Source of the DNA: Nanobdellota archaeon
Lineage (GTDB): Archaea; Nanobdellota; Nanobdellia; Pacearchaeales; GW2011-AR1
NCBI GenBank assembly: GCA_038046005.1
Contig: JBBSXB010000009.1
Span: 7,952 to 71,951 of the forward strand
Direction of reading: 5' to 3'
Length of the DNA: 64,000 nucleotides
Shown: positions 9,710-20,003 of the stretch, in pieces
Layout: the number at the start of each line of letters is the position of its first letter
How positions within the stretch are numbered: position 1 is the stretch's first letter
Position numbers and translations under genes: made by a program
Notes under the pieces: model-generated
What the model was told of the DNA's origin: nothing
The model's database searches: none
The model's input: only the letters and a program-made list of their open reading frames with translations

Positions 9710-10198
9710 TTGATAATAAAAATCATGAAAACACTTCCAACAATTATTTTAGCAACAGGATTATCAATACTTCCTGCAACAAAACAAGGAAATGCTGGAG
9801 TTGGAATTCCGGGAAATGTTGGATATTCTAATACAAATTCTTCCTCATCAAATTTACTTTACGGAAAAACCGAATTCAAAGGAATAGTCCAAGAAGAATA
9901 TTTAGAACGTGTCTCTGGAGATAGCCTAAAAATTACTCATGATTATCTTATAACAGTCCAAAAAGGAGATAATTTATCCGTCATAGCTGATAGAATAAAC
10001 AGTTTAAACAGAATGAGAGCAGAGTATCCTTTTCCAAGCAAGATTTCATGGCCAGATGTTTATAACACCAACTATATTTATGGGTCAGATAATATTTCTG
10101 ATCCAGACAAAATTTATCCTGGGCAAAGGATATTTTTTAAAACTGAGCATGAAATCCCTGTTTTTCATCACTTTCAGGGATTACGGGTTGGATCTTAG
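9710..10198 (+). CDS. secreted protein with LysM-like domain
   Basis: Signal peptide/TM MKTLPTIILATGLSILPA; LysM-like ITVQKGDNLSVIADRI...IYPGQRIFF. Confidence 0.45.
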   Translation: MIIKIMKTLPTIILATGLSILPATKQGNAGVGIPGNVGYSNTNSSSSNLLYGKTEFKGIVQEEYLERVSGDSLKITHDYLITVQKGDNLSVIADRINSLNRMRAEYPFPSKISWPDVYNTNYIYGSDNISDPDKIYPGQRIFFKTEHEIPVFHHFQGLRVGS

Positions 10199-10227
10199 TA
10201 AAACATTCACCCTCTTTCAAGAATAAA

Positions 10228-10860
10228 CTAATAGTTATTAACTGAATCAGAAGAATCTTTTTTTCTAACTACCTCCACATTATCAGTAAACCAATTAGTT
10301 TTTTGGTTCAATCTGTAAATTCCCCAGAGATATGTTTTATAATTTACGTTTGCCTTAGTCATTATTGGATGCATATCGTTAAATCTAATTGCATCACTAA
10401 ATTCATTTTGTTGGAAAATAACCTCATCCACAGGTTTGTTATCATTTAAAGGTCTGCAAGAGTAAGATCTAAAGTCCAGAGGCCCATTAAGAACATCATC
10501 AAGAGTATAATTAGCTCTATATGGAACTTCCAAACAACCACAACCTTTATCGACATATTCATACAATTGTCCGTCCGCCCTCCTGACTTTTAGCGAGCAA
10601 TCGCAAGTAAAAGTATTTCTTTTAACACTAAATTCCGCTTCATCTTCTAAAAATTTTCCTTTAAAACCATATCTTTTCATTAAATCTACTTCCATGCGCT
10701 TATTACTCTGATACCATAAAGGAAGACTAAACCCCAGTGTTATGGCCACAGCCATGAGAAAGATATATCTAAATTTAGTCGTTTTTATTTCTTCATTATT
10801 TACTTTAGATTTCAAATTAGACGGAAAGACCCCATTCGGATCATATTCATATTGTTTCAT
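10228..10860 (-). CDS. hypothetical membrane-anchored Cys-rich protein
   Basis: Single N-terminal TM (FRYIFLMAVAITLGFSLPLWY) followed by an extracytoplasmic domain with CDC, CGC and C motifs. Confidence 0.35.
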   Translation of the reverse strand: MKQYEYDPNGVFPSNLKSKVNNEEIKTTKFRYIFLMAVAITLGFSLPLWYQSNKRMEVDLMKRYGFKGKFLEDEAEFSVKRNTFTCDCSLKVRRADGQLYEYVDKGCGCLEVPYRANYTLDDVLNGPLDFRSYSCRPLNDNKPVDEVIFQQNEFSDAIRFNDMHPIMTKANVNYKTYLWGIYRLNQKTNWFTDNVEVVRKKDSSDSVNNY

Positions 10861-10978
10861 TTTTTTGTCCTAATAATTTAAGGTAAAATTAAAGAATTGA
10901 AACAGTATAAGAAACTTTCTAGCATTTTTTCATTCAAATAGGTAATTTTAAATAGTTACTATTCCTTTTTGGCTTATA

Positions 10979-11941
10979 ATGACAGAATTAAAATCTATAG
11001 ACCGAAAAATATTATTTGAATTAGATTCAAATAGCAGGCAATCATTTAGAACCATTTCAAAAAAAGTTGGATTAAGTAAGGATGCTGTAATTTATAGGAT
11101 AAATAAATTAAAAGAAGAAGGAATAATAAAAGGATATCAAACAATACTAGACTTAGGTAAGTTAGGATTTATTTCATTTAGGCTTTACTTAAAATTTCAA
11201 AACACAACTCCAAAAAAAGAAGAAGAAATAATTGAATTTTTAAAAAGACAAAAAAACATCAGTTGGATAGTTTCTATAGAAGGAGAATATGATTTGGGAT
11301 TATGGTTTTTATGTAAAAAAAATAAAGAAATGGATTTATTCTGGAAAGAACTACTAAAAAAATATAGAGATTATATAGAAAAAAAATGGTTAACAATTCC
11401 AACGAACGTTATTTACTACTCTAGAAACTATTTATTAGAAGATAATAATCAAAAAATAGAGGAATTCAATTTTATTTCTGATTTAGAAGTAAAGATTGAT
11501 GATGTTGACTTAGAATTATTGAAAGTAATTTCTTCTAATGCTAGGCTTCCAGTTTTAGATATTTCAAAAATTATAAAATTAAATCCAAAAACAGTAATGT
11601 CTAGATTAAAAAGATTAGAAAAAGAAAAGATAATAATTGGATATCGATCAGTTTTTGACATTGATATGTTAGGATATCAGTACTTCAAAATACACTTTAA
11701 CCTTCATAATTTAACCAGTGAAAATGAAAAAAAATTAAAAAATTATATAAAAGAAAATGAGAATATAATATTCAATAATGAAATTTTAGGAGGAGATGAT
11801 TTAGAAATAGAAATCCAAGTTAGATCACTTCAGGACCTAAGAAAACAGATTGATGAAATAAAGAAGAATTTTTCTGGAATTATAAGGAATTATAAGTATA
11901 TGAACTTCTACAAAGAACACAAATGCCTATCTTTTCCTTAG
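10979..11941 (+). CDS. tandem Lrp/AsnC-type HTH transcriptional regulator (two HTH_AsnC-like repeats)
   Basis: IDRKILFELDSNSRQSFRTISKKVGLSKDAVIYRINKLKEEGII and DLELLKVISSNARLPVLDISKIIKLNPKTVMSRLKRLEKEKII. Confidence 0.6.
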   Translation: MTELKSIDRKILFELDSNSRQSFRTISKKVGLSKDAVIYRINKLKEEGIIKGYQTILDLGKLGFISFRLYLKFQNTTPKKEEEIIEFLKRQKNISWIVSIEGEYDLGLWFLCKKNKEMDLFWKELLKKYRDYIEKKWLTIPTNVIYYSRNYLLEDNNQKIEEFNFISDLEVKIDDVDLELLKVISSNARLPVLDISKIIKLNPKTVMSRLKRLEKEKIIIGYRSVFDIDMLGYQYFKIHFNLHNLTSENEKKLKNYIKENENIIFNNEILGGDDLEIEIQVRSLQDLRKQIDEIKKNFSGIIRNYKYMNFYKEHKCLSFP

Positions 11942-12030
11942 TAATTCACCCCTCTCAAATAACTCTTGCTCTATAAAATACTCCAAAATTCTACAATAAT
12001 AATTAAAAACTCCGTTTATATTGAAAAAAT

Positions 12031-14058
12031 ATGGAACAAGAGCAACAGAAACTGAAAAAAGAAGATTTGATACTTGAAGCAAAAAATTTCTTTGACGCCC
12101 ATAAGAGAGAGTTTGGAGAATCATTGAGGAAAGGTTCAAATGTCATTTATCTTGATTTCATGAAATTGACAGAATTTTCAAACGTCCTTTCAGATCAAAT
12201 AATAATAAATCCTGAAGAAACATTAGGCATCATAGAATTGGCTATAGAAGAGTCAGGTCTTGTAAGCAATGTAAGAGTCAGGCTGACTAACCTCCCAAAA
12301 AGCCAAGAGATGAAAGTGAGGAATATTCGTTCAAAAAATCTTGACCAGACAATAATTGTAGAAGGAATTGTAAGACAAACTTCAGATGTTAGACCACAGG
12401 TTGTAAATGCAAAATTCGAGTGCCCTAGCTGTGGGACAATTCTCGGGGTTCTCCAGATAGAAAAGAAATTCAGAGAACCTTCAAGATGTTCATGTGGAAG
12501 AAGAGGCGGTTTTAAATTGATAAGCAAAGATTTGGTCGACACTCAAAGGTTGGTAATTGAAGAAACACCTGAATCTTTGTCTGGAGGAGAACAACCGAAA
12601 AGAATTAATGTGTTCCTGAAAGAAGATCTCGTTGAGCCAAAAATGGAAGAGAAAACAACTCCTGGAAGCAGGGTAAAAATAATAGGCGTTCTAAAAGAAG
12701 TGCCAGTCCCTCTCCAGTCAGGAGGATTGTCAACAAGATTTGATTTGGCAGTAGAAGCAAACAACATAATTCCTTTGGAAGAAACTTTCGAAGAATTAGA
12801 CATCTCTGAAGAAGACGAAAAACAAATCCTTGAACTTTCCCAAGATCCAAGAGTTTTTGAAAAACTTGCAAGAAGTATAACCCCAAGTGTCTGGGGTTAT
12901 GAAGAGATAAAGAGATCATTAGTTTTACAATTATTCGGAGGAGTTCAAAAAGTCCACGCAGACGGCCAGAAAAGTAGAGGAGACATTCATATACTTCTTA
13001 TTGGAGATCCAGGAGTTGCAAAATCCGTAACATTAGACTTCATGGCAAAAATTTCCCCAAAGGGAAGGTATGTTGTAGGAAAATCTGCATCAGGTGCTGG
13101 TTTAACAGCAACAGTTGTAAGAGACGAATATTTAAGGGGTTGGAGTCTTGAAGCAGGAGCGATGGTTTTAGCCAATAAAGGATTAGTCTGTATTGATGAG
13201 CTAGAAAAAATGGATCCAAATGACAGGAGTGCAATGCATGAGGCAATGGAGCAGCAGACAATAACAATTTCAAAAGCAAATGTCCAGGCAACATTGAGGG
13301 CAGAAACTTCAGTATTGGCTGCAGCAAACCCAAAATTCGGAAGGTTCGACCCATATCAGTCAATCGCACAACAAATTGACCTTCCTCCAACTTTGATAAA
13401 CAGATTTGACGTTATTTTCACATTAAGAGATTTGCCAAACAGGGATAAAGATGAAAAAATAGCCTCCCATGTTTTGAGAGAGCACATAAAACAAGGAGAA
13501 GAAATGACAATTCCAAGAGATTTGTTTAGAAAGTACATTGCATATTCAAAGCAGAGAGTAAGACCTGTTCTTGGAGAAGAGGCAATAAACGAAATAAAAA
13601 AATTCTATGTTGAATTGAGAAACAAGCCTGTTTCTTCAGACAGCGCATTAAGGCCAATCCCGATTTCTGCAAGACAGCTTCAAGCTTTAATAAGAATGGC
13701 AGAAGCATCAGCAAAATTAAGGTTGAGTGAAGTGGTCTCTATAGAGGATGCCAAAGGCGCGATAGATATTATGAAATACTATTTGATGCAGGTGGGTTAT
13801 GACTACGAATCAAAAACTTTTGATATAGACAAAATCACGACTGGAATATCAACTTCAAAAAGATCAAAAATACTCGGAGTCCTTCACTCAATAACAGAAT
13901 TAGAGGATAAATTAGGAAAAATGATTCCTATGGAAGAGCTTGAAAAAGAACTTGAAGGAAAAATGGAAGTGTTTGAAATTGAAGAAGCAATAACAGAACT
14001 AAAAAAAAGAGGAGACCTTTATGAACCAAGAAAAGGTTATATTAGCAAAACTAGCTAA
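12031..14058 (+). CDS. mcm: MCM replicative helicase
   Basis: Zn finger CPSCG...CSCG, Walker A GDPGVAKS, Walker B CIDELEKM, arginine finger SRFD, C-terminal wHTH; 675 aa, no intein. Confidence 0.95.
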   Translation: MEQEQQKLKKEDLILEAKNFFDAHKREFGESLRKGSNVIYLDFMKLTEFSNVLSDQIIINPEETLGIIELAIEESGLVSNVRVRLTNLPKSQEMKVRNIRSKNLDQTIIVEGIVRQTSDVRPQVVNAKFECPSCGTILGVLQIEKKFREPSRCSCGRRGGFKLISKDLVDTQRLVIEETPESLSGGEQPKRINVFLKEDLVEPKMEEKTTPGSRVKIIGVLKEVPVPLQSGGLSTRFDLAVEANNIIPLEETFEELDISEEDEKQILELSQDPRVFEKLARSITPSVWGYEEIKRSLVLQLFGGVQKVHADGQKSRGDIHILLIGDPGVAKSVTLDFMAKISPKGRYVVGKSASGAGLTATVVRDEYLRGWSLEAGAMVLANKGLVCIDELEKMDPNDRSAMHEAMEQQTITISKANVQATLRAETSVLAAANPKFGRFDPYQSIAQQIDLPPTLINRFDVIFTLRDLPNRDKDEKIASHVLREHIKQGEEMTIPRDLFRKYIAYSKQRVRPVLGEEAINEIKKFYVELRNKPVSSDSALRPIPISARQLQALIRMAEASAKLRLSEVVSIEDAKGAIDIMKYYLMQVGYDYESKTFDIDKITTGISTSKRSKILGVLHSITELEDKLGKMIPMEELEKELEGKMEVFEIEEAITELKKRGDLYEPRKGYISKTS

Positions 14059-14101
14059 ATTTATCATAAATCTTTAAAAAGAAATAAAATTTTTAACTAA
14101 A

Positions 14102-14437
14102 ATGGCAATAAATAAAAAGTACAACAACCAAAGCATATATCATAAAAGAAAAGAAGGAAAAATAGTTTATTTTCAAGATCCAGAAACAGGCATTCTTCAT
14201 TTGAGTGGGGAATTTTTTAGTGGTTCTGAGATAGATGAATATAAATCACGAATTGATAATCAAAATCAAATGTTTCCATTGTCATGCCTAAACAGCTTAG
14301 TAACTCTTAAAGACGTAAAGGATGTGAAACCTCTTGTCCTAAACCCCAGACTAGAGCAAAAAATTATTGAAACCGAAGAAAAATTCGGTAGAGTAGATTA
14401 TACTCATGTAATTGGAGCAGGTAGCGACGGAACTTAA
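14102..14437 (+). CDS. hypothetical protein
   Basis: ORF track only. Confidence 0.3.
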   Translation: MAINKKYNNQSIYHKRKEGKIVYFQDPETGILHLSGEFFSGSEIDEYKSRIDNQNQMFPLSCLNSLVTLKDVKDVKPLVLNPRLEQKIIETEEKFGRVDYTHVIGAGSDGT

Positions 14438-14458
14438 ATTAAACAAATAAAATAAAAA

Positions 14459-15088
14459 ATGGCAGACCAAGAATTCAAAAGACACACAGCATACAAATTG
14501 AGAGTTGGAAATATTATTTTAGGAAAACCAGTGATGGACGGGGAAAGATTCTCATTTCTGGAACTTGGAAGCAAGAAAATAGTAAGGGTGAATATTATAG
14601 GAAATATCGTTGACAAATATGAAGGGGCAGGAGAGTCAAAATATCTTACATTTACCCTTGATGATGGTTCTGGCCAGACAAGGCTAAAAACTTTCGGAGA
14701 CGACACTTCAAGATTCATAAATTTCATGCAGGGGCAGACAGTTGTTGTCATAGGAACTCTAAGATTCTGGAACAACGAACTCTATATCTCCCCAGAAATA
14801 ATAAAAGAGCAGGATCCAAAATATCTCCTTATAAGAAAACTTGAATTGGAAAAAGAAAATTCAAAAAATGTTAAGGACGTATTGGGAAGGGAAGAGATAA
14901 TTGCCGTAAAAGACAGAATTTTAAGGGAAATAAAAAATTATGAAGAAGAAGGCGGAATAGAAAGAGACAAACTGATTATGAACTTAAAAGACATAACTCC
15001 CGTAATAATTGAAGATGAAGTGCAAAAATTCTTAGAAGAGGGAATAATATTTGAACCAAGGCCTGGGAAAGTTAGATACTTGGGATGA
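14459..15088 (+). CDS. OB-fold nucleic-acid-binding protein (RPA-like ssDNA-binding candidate)
   Basis: OB-fold-like beta-rich N-terminal half (RVNIIGNIVDKYEGAGESKYLTFTLDDGSGQTRLKTFGD...VVVIGTLRFWNNELYI), adjacent to mcm. Confidence 0.4.
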   Translation: MADQEFKRHTAYKLRVGNIILGKPVMDGERFSFLELGSKKIVRVNIIGNIVDKYEGAGESKYLTFTLDDGSGQTRLKTFGDDTSRFINFMQGQTVVVIGTLRFWNNELYISPEIIKEQDPKYLLIRKLELEKENSKNVKDVLGREEIIAVKDRILREIKNYEEEGGIERDKLIMNLKDITPVIIEDEVQKFLEEGIIFEPRPGKVRYLG

Positions 15089-15111
15089 AAAATAATCTAA
15101 TTTTTTGAGAA

Positions 15112-15396
15112 TTAAACAAGAATCACAACTCCAATAACAATAAGAATTATTCCTAAAATTAGATAAAAAATCATATAATTCATAGCTTTTTGTTTGGTTA
15201 AATTTTGTGTGAAATTTAAGAATTTAAAACCTTCATACTTGACTAATAAAATTCCATTAACTATCATTAAAATTCCCAATAGAATTAAAGAAACAGACAA
15301 TCCCTTCATATTTGGAGCAAGAGATTTAATTATAAAATTTAGGACAGCAAATCCTAGTGCCCACCAGAGCCAATTTTGTTTTCCTTTATCATTCAT
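15112..15396 (-). CDS. small membrane protein
   Basis: Three hydrophobic segments; ORF track. Confidence 0.3.
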   Translation of the reverse strand: MNDKGKQNWLWWALGFAVLNFIIKSLAPNMKGLSVSLILLGILMIVNGILLVKYEGFKFLNFTQNLTKQKAMNYMIFYLILGIILIVIGVVILV

Positions 15397-15731
15397 TTTA
15401 TGTGTTTAGGCCCCCATTTTCCTTTGGCTACAAGAACGAGAAAGATTCCCAAACCACCAAAGACAACAATATTTAGAATAAAGAGAATAACCATTGCGAG
15501 AGGAATTGGGGTGCCTTGAATACTTGGGAAAATTAAACTAATAATTAAAAATAACAAGCTTCCAATACCGATAAATGAAAAGAATATTCCTAAGACCCAT
15601 GAAAATATTATCAATGGTTTTGCTATTTTGCTTTCTTTCTTATAATAAAACTTATAGAATAAATATATTATAAAAATAAATAGGGAATATCCAACAATTT
15701 TAGCAATTAGTTGTGAGGTTTCACTTGCCAT
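15393..15731 (-). CDS. small membrane protein
   Basis: Multiple TM segments; overlaps the previous ORF by 4 nt, suggesting an operon. Confidence 0.3.
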   Translation of the reverse strand: MASETSQLIAKIVGYSLFIFIIYLFYKFYYKKESKIAKPLIIFSWVLGIFFSFIGIGSLLFLIISLIFPSIQGTPIPLAMVILFILNIVVFGGLGIFLVLVAKGKWGPKHIK

Positions 15732-15862
15732 GAATTATAGAATAAAACACGGTATATAATCTTTTCTAAACAGTCAGGTATTTGTTTATTTCTATTATTT
15801 CCCCTTATAATTATGCAGTAGCATGAGAAGTAGATTGTTTACTCAAAAAAGTAAGTTAAAAA

Positions 15863-16411
15863 CTAATGTTTTTTCTTCTTCCCACTTCTCTTACTCAAGA
15901 AATAAGCAAACCATATCAAAACTATTAATCCTGCCAGAGATAACAAAAACCTAACCCAATTTTCAGTGTAAGGCCAGTAAGCTCCGCTTCCGTAAATTAA
16001 TGTTCCAACTCCACCACCCATTAATCCAGCACCAACACTTTCCAATCCGAAAAAGAAAGCTCCGCCCGCAATCAACAAAATTCCCAGAGGCAATGCTATA
16101 AAGAAAACATTTCTCGATCTGGATTTCATTGCACTATCAAAATCTTGCATGCAATAATAATTAAGATCACAATATCCTGGAGGAAATCCCTTGACTGGAA
16201 CAGCTTCAACTGGAGCATTTCCGTAAGGAGGATTCCATTTTCCTTGGACAGCTTCGCATTGAACAGAAGTATTTATTTCTTGATAATAAGGCCTATCTTT
16301 GCAAAAAGAATTGTATTCAGGACTAGGAAAAAACATGTTTATTCCATAATAAGTCACAAAAATCGTGAGAATTATTATTGCAATGCCCATCAAAACATTT
16401 TTAAGATTCAT
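15863..16411 (-). CDS. membrane protein with Cys-rich extracytoplasmic loop
   Basis: TM-loop-TM topology; loop contains CKD, CEA, CDLNYYC. Confidence 0.35.
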   Translation of the reverse strand: MNLKNVLMGIAIIILTIFVTYYGINMFFPSPEYNSFCKDRPYYQEINTSVQCEAVQGKWNPPYGNAPVEAVPVKGFPPGYCDLNYYCMQDFDSAMKSRSRNVFFIALPLGILLIAGGAFFFGLESVGAGLMGGGVGTLIYGSGAYWPYTENWVRFLLSLAGLIVLIWFAYFLSKRSGKKKKH

Positions 16412-16491
16412 TAGAAGATTAAGGATAAAAGATTTATAAATGTTCTGAAAAATACAATAAAATTTATATATTATCTTTCCAAGAAAAATTT

Positions 16492-17664
16492 ATGAAAGAT
16501 TTAAGCCAAAATATTCTTAAAGGCCTATGGTTCTACGACACCCTTCTTGAGGATATCACAAATGAAATGTACTTGTCAGAAGAAGCATTTTCCAAAGCAA
16601 AAAAAGCATATAAAGAATGTGTAAGCAAATTTAGACTATCAAATAAATCTTTAGATGATTTTTTAATTCAAGATTTGTCATTAGAAAGAATAACTTTTAG
16701 AGATTTTATAAAACTCTTTGAAGATCAAAAGGCAACATCAGAATACCATTTATTAAAAAGAAGAAGTTGGGTTTCTGGAATAAGAAATGCAACAACTATA
16801 CTCATGGGCCCTGCAACAATAGACAGTCTTATAGATGAATCACCAAGAACATATGAGTATATCAAAGAAGGTCGTCTTCCATTTAATAATTTATTTTTTA
16901 ATCTTTTAGAACCATATAAAATAAAAGTTCCTTTTGAAAATAAAGAAAGTGAAATATTTGGAATTTGGTTTTATAGAAGAGGTGAGATTGATGAAAGCTA
17001 TGTTAAAACTGAAGAATCAAAAGAGTATGGATATAGGTTAATAGCATTTTCAAAAGAATATGAACAAGTTTCCAGCCCTCTAGAGCTCATTCTTAATCCA
17101 GAGTCTATGGGGAAGTTTTTTGGTCAAATAAATGACTATTCCTTTCTAATTGACACAAATCAAGGAACTGTGGATTTTACAAAATGGAGTAATAATTGGA
17201 AAGGTATTGAAACTAATGAATACGAAAGAAGAATAAAATTAACAAATATGTTAAATAGCCAGGAGTTTTTCAACATAGCTAACTTATCCACTAATATAAT
17301 CAACTACATCAACGCACACAATGTCACGTTTATAAAAAAAGAAAGAAAAGTTAAAGTACCAACAAAATTTCAAACTGTGAAAAAAAAGGCTTCATCAAAG
17401 CCATTCTATTTAGTAACTGTAAAAGATGAAATTGTCGAAACAGAGCCTGATCCAACTAAATCTTGGGAATTGCAATGGAAGGTGTATGTAAGGGGCCATG
17501 ATAGAAGATATAGAGATGAACAAGGAGAGATAACAAAAATTATTTGGATTGCCCCATACGTAAAAGGGCCTCCTGAAGCACCATGGAAAGAAAATCGCTA
17601 CGCTGTTTCGGCAGAAAAATTATTAAGAGAAAGAGAGTTAAACAAACATTTTGAAATAAATTAG
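16492..17664 (+). CDS. hypothetical protein (390 aa)
   Basis: ORF track; no recognisable motif. Confidence 0.35.
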   Translation: MKDLSQNILKGLWFYDTLLEDITNEMYLSEEAFSKAKKAYKECVSKFRLSNKSLDDFLIQDLSLERITFRDFIKLFEDQKATSEYHLLKRRSWVSGIRNATTILMGPATIDSLIDESPRTYEYIKEGRLPFNNLFFNLLEPYKIKVPFENKESEIFGIWFYRRGEIDESYVKTEESKEYGYRLIAFSKEYEQVSSPLELILNPESMGKFFGQINDYSFLIDTNQGTVDFTKWSNNWKGIETNEYERRIKLTNMLNSQEFFNIANLSTNIINYINAHNVTFIKKERKVKVPTKFQTVKKKASSKPFYLVTVKDEIVETEPDPTKSWELQWKVYVRGHDRRYRDEQGEITKIIWIAPYVKGPPEAPWKENRYAVSAEKLLRERELNKHFEIN

Positions 17665-17708
17665 TGTTCTATCAAAACCTTATTAAACCCGGTAAATGAC
17701 CTATTTCT

Positions 17709-18119
17709 ATGGAAACATACGAAAATCTTTTAGAAGGAATATACAAAAAAGTCAAGAAAGTGGAATCATCTAACGAAAGATTTGAAATTCCAAAAGTGGA
17801 AGGCCATTTTGAAGGGAAAAAAACAATATTGACTAATTTTATACAAATTGCATCATACATAAGAAGAACCCCAGTTCATTTTCAAAAATATCTTCTTAAA
17901 GAGTTGGCTGTTTCCGGCCAAACAGAAGGTGAAAGATTAGTTTTAAACATGAAAGTGCCGAGTGCAAAAATCACCCAAAAGATTGAAGACTATGCAAAAG
18001 AATTTGTAATATGCAAAGAATGTGGAAAACCCGACACAGAATTAATAAAAGAGGAAAGATTCATGTTCGTTAAATGTTTGGCATGCGGAGCAAAACACGC
18101 AGTTAGATCAAAAATCTAG
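17709..18119 (+). CDS. eif2b: translation initiation factor 2 subunit beta (aIF2-beta)
   Basis: YENLLEGIYKKV N-terminus and C-terminal zinc ribbon CKECGKPDTELIKEERFMFVKCLACGA. Confidence 0.85.
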   Translation: METYENLLEGIYKKVKKVESSNERFEIPKVEGHFEGKKTILTNFIQIASYIRRTPVHFQKYLLKELAVSGQTEGERLVLNMKVPSAKITQKIEDYAKEFVICKECGKPDTELIKEERFMFVKCLACGAKHAVRSKI

Positions 18120-18493
18120 GAAGCTCGTACTTTTTCCCTTTCCGATCTTTCTTCAATTATTTTTTCCGCCATTATTCTATAGTCAAATGCATCTACTTCA
18201 TGACCTATTTTTGAATTTACAGAGTCTGGAAAGACAAAATCCATTATAAATAGAGGTTTATTCCTGTCATTACCAATAACAACTTCTTTATATCTACTCT
18301 CAATAAAATTTGTTGCTCTTTTCAGTTCCTGAACAAGCACCTCCAAAGTTGTAGATTCTAAATAATTTCTACATCTCTGAATTTTAACTTCCGGATCATA
18401 ATCCCCAACAACGATAGAAATTTTAGATGCGGGAAACTGGTAATGGCTAGAATTTGCAAAATTCTGGAGAGTTTTTTTACGTTTCCAAAACAT
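18116..18493 (-). CDS. hypothetical protein
   Basis: ORF track; weak resemblance to RNase P Pop5-like (YDPE..RC) not sufficient. Confidence 0.3.
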   Translation of the reverse strand: MFWKRKKTLQNFANSSHYQFPASKISIVVGDYDPEVKIQRCRNYLESTTLEVLVQELKRATNFIESRYKEVVIGNDRNKPLFIMDFVFPDSVNSKIGHEVDAFDYRIMAEKIIEERSEREKVRAS

Positions 18494-18545
18494 AATTATA
18501 AGTGTGTGTTATTCTTTTTAATTATTTCTATACTAATTTAAAGAT

Positions 18546-18833
18546 TTAATTGAAAATAGAACCTCTTCTTTTTTCGATTATCAGCGCATCAAGTACGCCA
18601 ATATATTTAGGTTTGGGCCAACTATTGCCCTCTCTTTCAATTTTTGCGCCCTCTTCATCAACACGTAACTTTTCTACCATCAGATTGTACAAATCCAAAG
18701 AAGATAGATAAGCCATTATTTCACGGCTTAAAGCTCCTTCATTAACAGCATCCTCATACTCTTTTGAAGAACGAACAAGCTTCGGAATAGGAATAATACT
18801 CTGAAATTTATCGACACCTCTTTCCAATCCCAT
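18546..18833 (-). CDS. hypothetical small protein
   Basis: ORF track. Confidence 0.3.
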   Translation of the reverse strand: MGLERGVDKFQSIIPIPKLVRSSKEYEDAVNEGALSREIMAYLSSLDLYNLMVEKLRVDEEGAKIEREGNSWPKPKYIGVLDALIIEKRRGSIFN

Positions 18834-18943
18834 AGAATAAGCAAGGTGTTCAAATATTAAAACCTTTTTATAAGCAATTTATGCCTATCCAAATCTTTAT
18901 AAAACGAATTTTCGTAAGAAATTAAATAAACGGAGGAAAGAAA

Positions 18944-19138
18944 ATGGTTGAAGCTTATTGTGTTAAATGTAAGAAAAAAGGCGTTAAGATGCTGAATGCT
19001 GTGATATCTCAAACTGCTAGAGGCGGTTACATGGCAAAAGGAAAGTGTGGAGTCTGCGGAACTGTTATGTGTGCCATGATGTCAAAGGAAAAGGCAGATG
19101 CAGCTATAAAGTCTGGCGAAGCTAAAAAGGATTTTTAG
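18944..19138 (+). CDS. small zinc-ribbon protein (DUF5679-like)
   Basis: CVKCKKK...CGVCGT four-Cys ribbon in a 64-aa protein. Confidence 0.5.
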   Translation: MVEAYCVKCKKKGVKMLNAVISQTARGGYMAKGKCGVCGTVMCAMMSKEKADAAIKSGEAKKDF

Positions 19139-19149
19139 TTATTTGCAGA

Positions 19150-19446
19150 ATGTATATCAATATAATAAGAAGTTATAGAGATATAGTTGCGATTTGTGAT
19201 GCAGAACTACTTGGAAAATTTTTTGAAGAAGAAAATTTTCAGCTGGATGTCAAGGAAAGTTTCTACAAGGGTGAGAAAACGACAGAGGAAAAAGCCGTAA
19301 GTCTGATGAAAGACATGGCAATCGAAGACGCAACATTCAACATTGTTGGGGCAAAGTCTGTGAATGCCGCGCTAAAGGCGGGAGTAATAAACCAACATGG
19401 AGTGAATAAAATTCAAGGGATTCCGTTCGCATTGATATTGATGTAA
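19150..19446 (+). CDS. DUF424-family archaeal protein
   Basis: Pattern IVAICDAELLGKFFEEENFQLDVKESFYKGEK resembles the conserved archaeal DUF424 family. Confidence 0.4.
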   Translation: MYINIIRSYRDIVAICDAELLGKFFEEENFQLDVKESFYKGEKTTEEKAVSLMKDMAIEDATFNIVGAKSVNAALKAGVINQHGVNKIQGIPFALILM

Positions 19447-19491
19447 ATTTAATTCCATCACCTTTATAAAACCAATAATTCTAATTTTAAG

Positions 19492-19839
19492 ATGGTTGAA
19501 GAGTTCAAAGATATAAATGAAGAGCAAAACTCCGGCGAGAATGGAGAACAACAAGTTACGCGAGCAAGACTTCCTAGAGGAAAAGAAGTAATTGGAGTCA
19601 TAGAACAAAGGCTTGGAGGGAATAAGATGAATGTTGAATGCTTAGATGGGAAAACAAGAAACTGCAGGGTCCCTGGAAGATTGAAAAGAGCTTTGTGGTT
19701 AAGGCCAGGCGATGTTGTAATAATTGAGCCTTGGGAATTTGACCCAAACAAAGGAGATGTAATTTTTAAATACAGATCCAACCAGATTGAATGGCTGAAA
19801 AGAAACGGCTTTTTAAAAACGGAAAAGAATGAGTTTTAA
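19492..19839 (+). CDS. eif1a: translation initiation factor 1A (aIF-1A)
   Basis: S1-like OB domain GKTRNCRVPGRLKRALWLRPGDVVIIEPWEFDPNKGDVIFKY. Confidence 0.9.
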   Translation: MVEEFKDINEEQNSGENGEQQVTRARLPRGKEVIGVIEQRLGGNKMNVECLDGKTRNCRVPGRLKRALWLRPGDVVIIEPWEFDPNKGDVIFKYRSNQIEWLKRNGFLKTEKNEF

Positions 19840-20003
19840 AATGAAAAAAATTTACAAAATAATTCTTCTTGCAATAGTCATCTTACTTTTCATTGGAACA
19901 ATTCTTTTAATTGCCTTAGGAAATCCCTTGGTAAATAACATACTTCAAAAAACTCCATAACACAAATCAAAAATCTTATAATGCCAAATTTCTTAATAAC
20001 AAA

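Noticed and set aside
12195-13714. Series of minus-strand ORFs (12195..12542, 12543..12803, 12605..12919, 12987..13175, 13040..13390, 13356..13538, 13526..13714) inside mcm
   Set aside because: They are antisense to a clearly conserved MCM reading frame. Their composition is low-complexity and no motifs are present. Treated as spurious. The same applies to antisense ORFs inside lig, sufB, sufC, asnS, aspS, gatE, alaS and others.
12031-14058. Possible intein in mcm or alaS
   Set aside because: MCM has normal length (675 aa) and contiguous motifs. The AlaRS insertion lacks intein N-terminal Cys/Ser and C-terminal HN-Cys/Ser/Thr blocks. It looks like a HAD-like domain instead.
18116-18493. Possible RNase P Pop5 homolog (YDPE…RC pattern)
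   Set aside because: The similarity does not extend beyond a short motif.
18546-18833. Tentative assignment of the 95-aa protein as SRP19 or an RNA polymerase small subunit
   Set aside because: Only a vague resemblance. No diagnostic motif could be matched from sequence alone.
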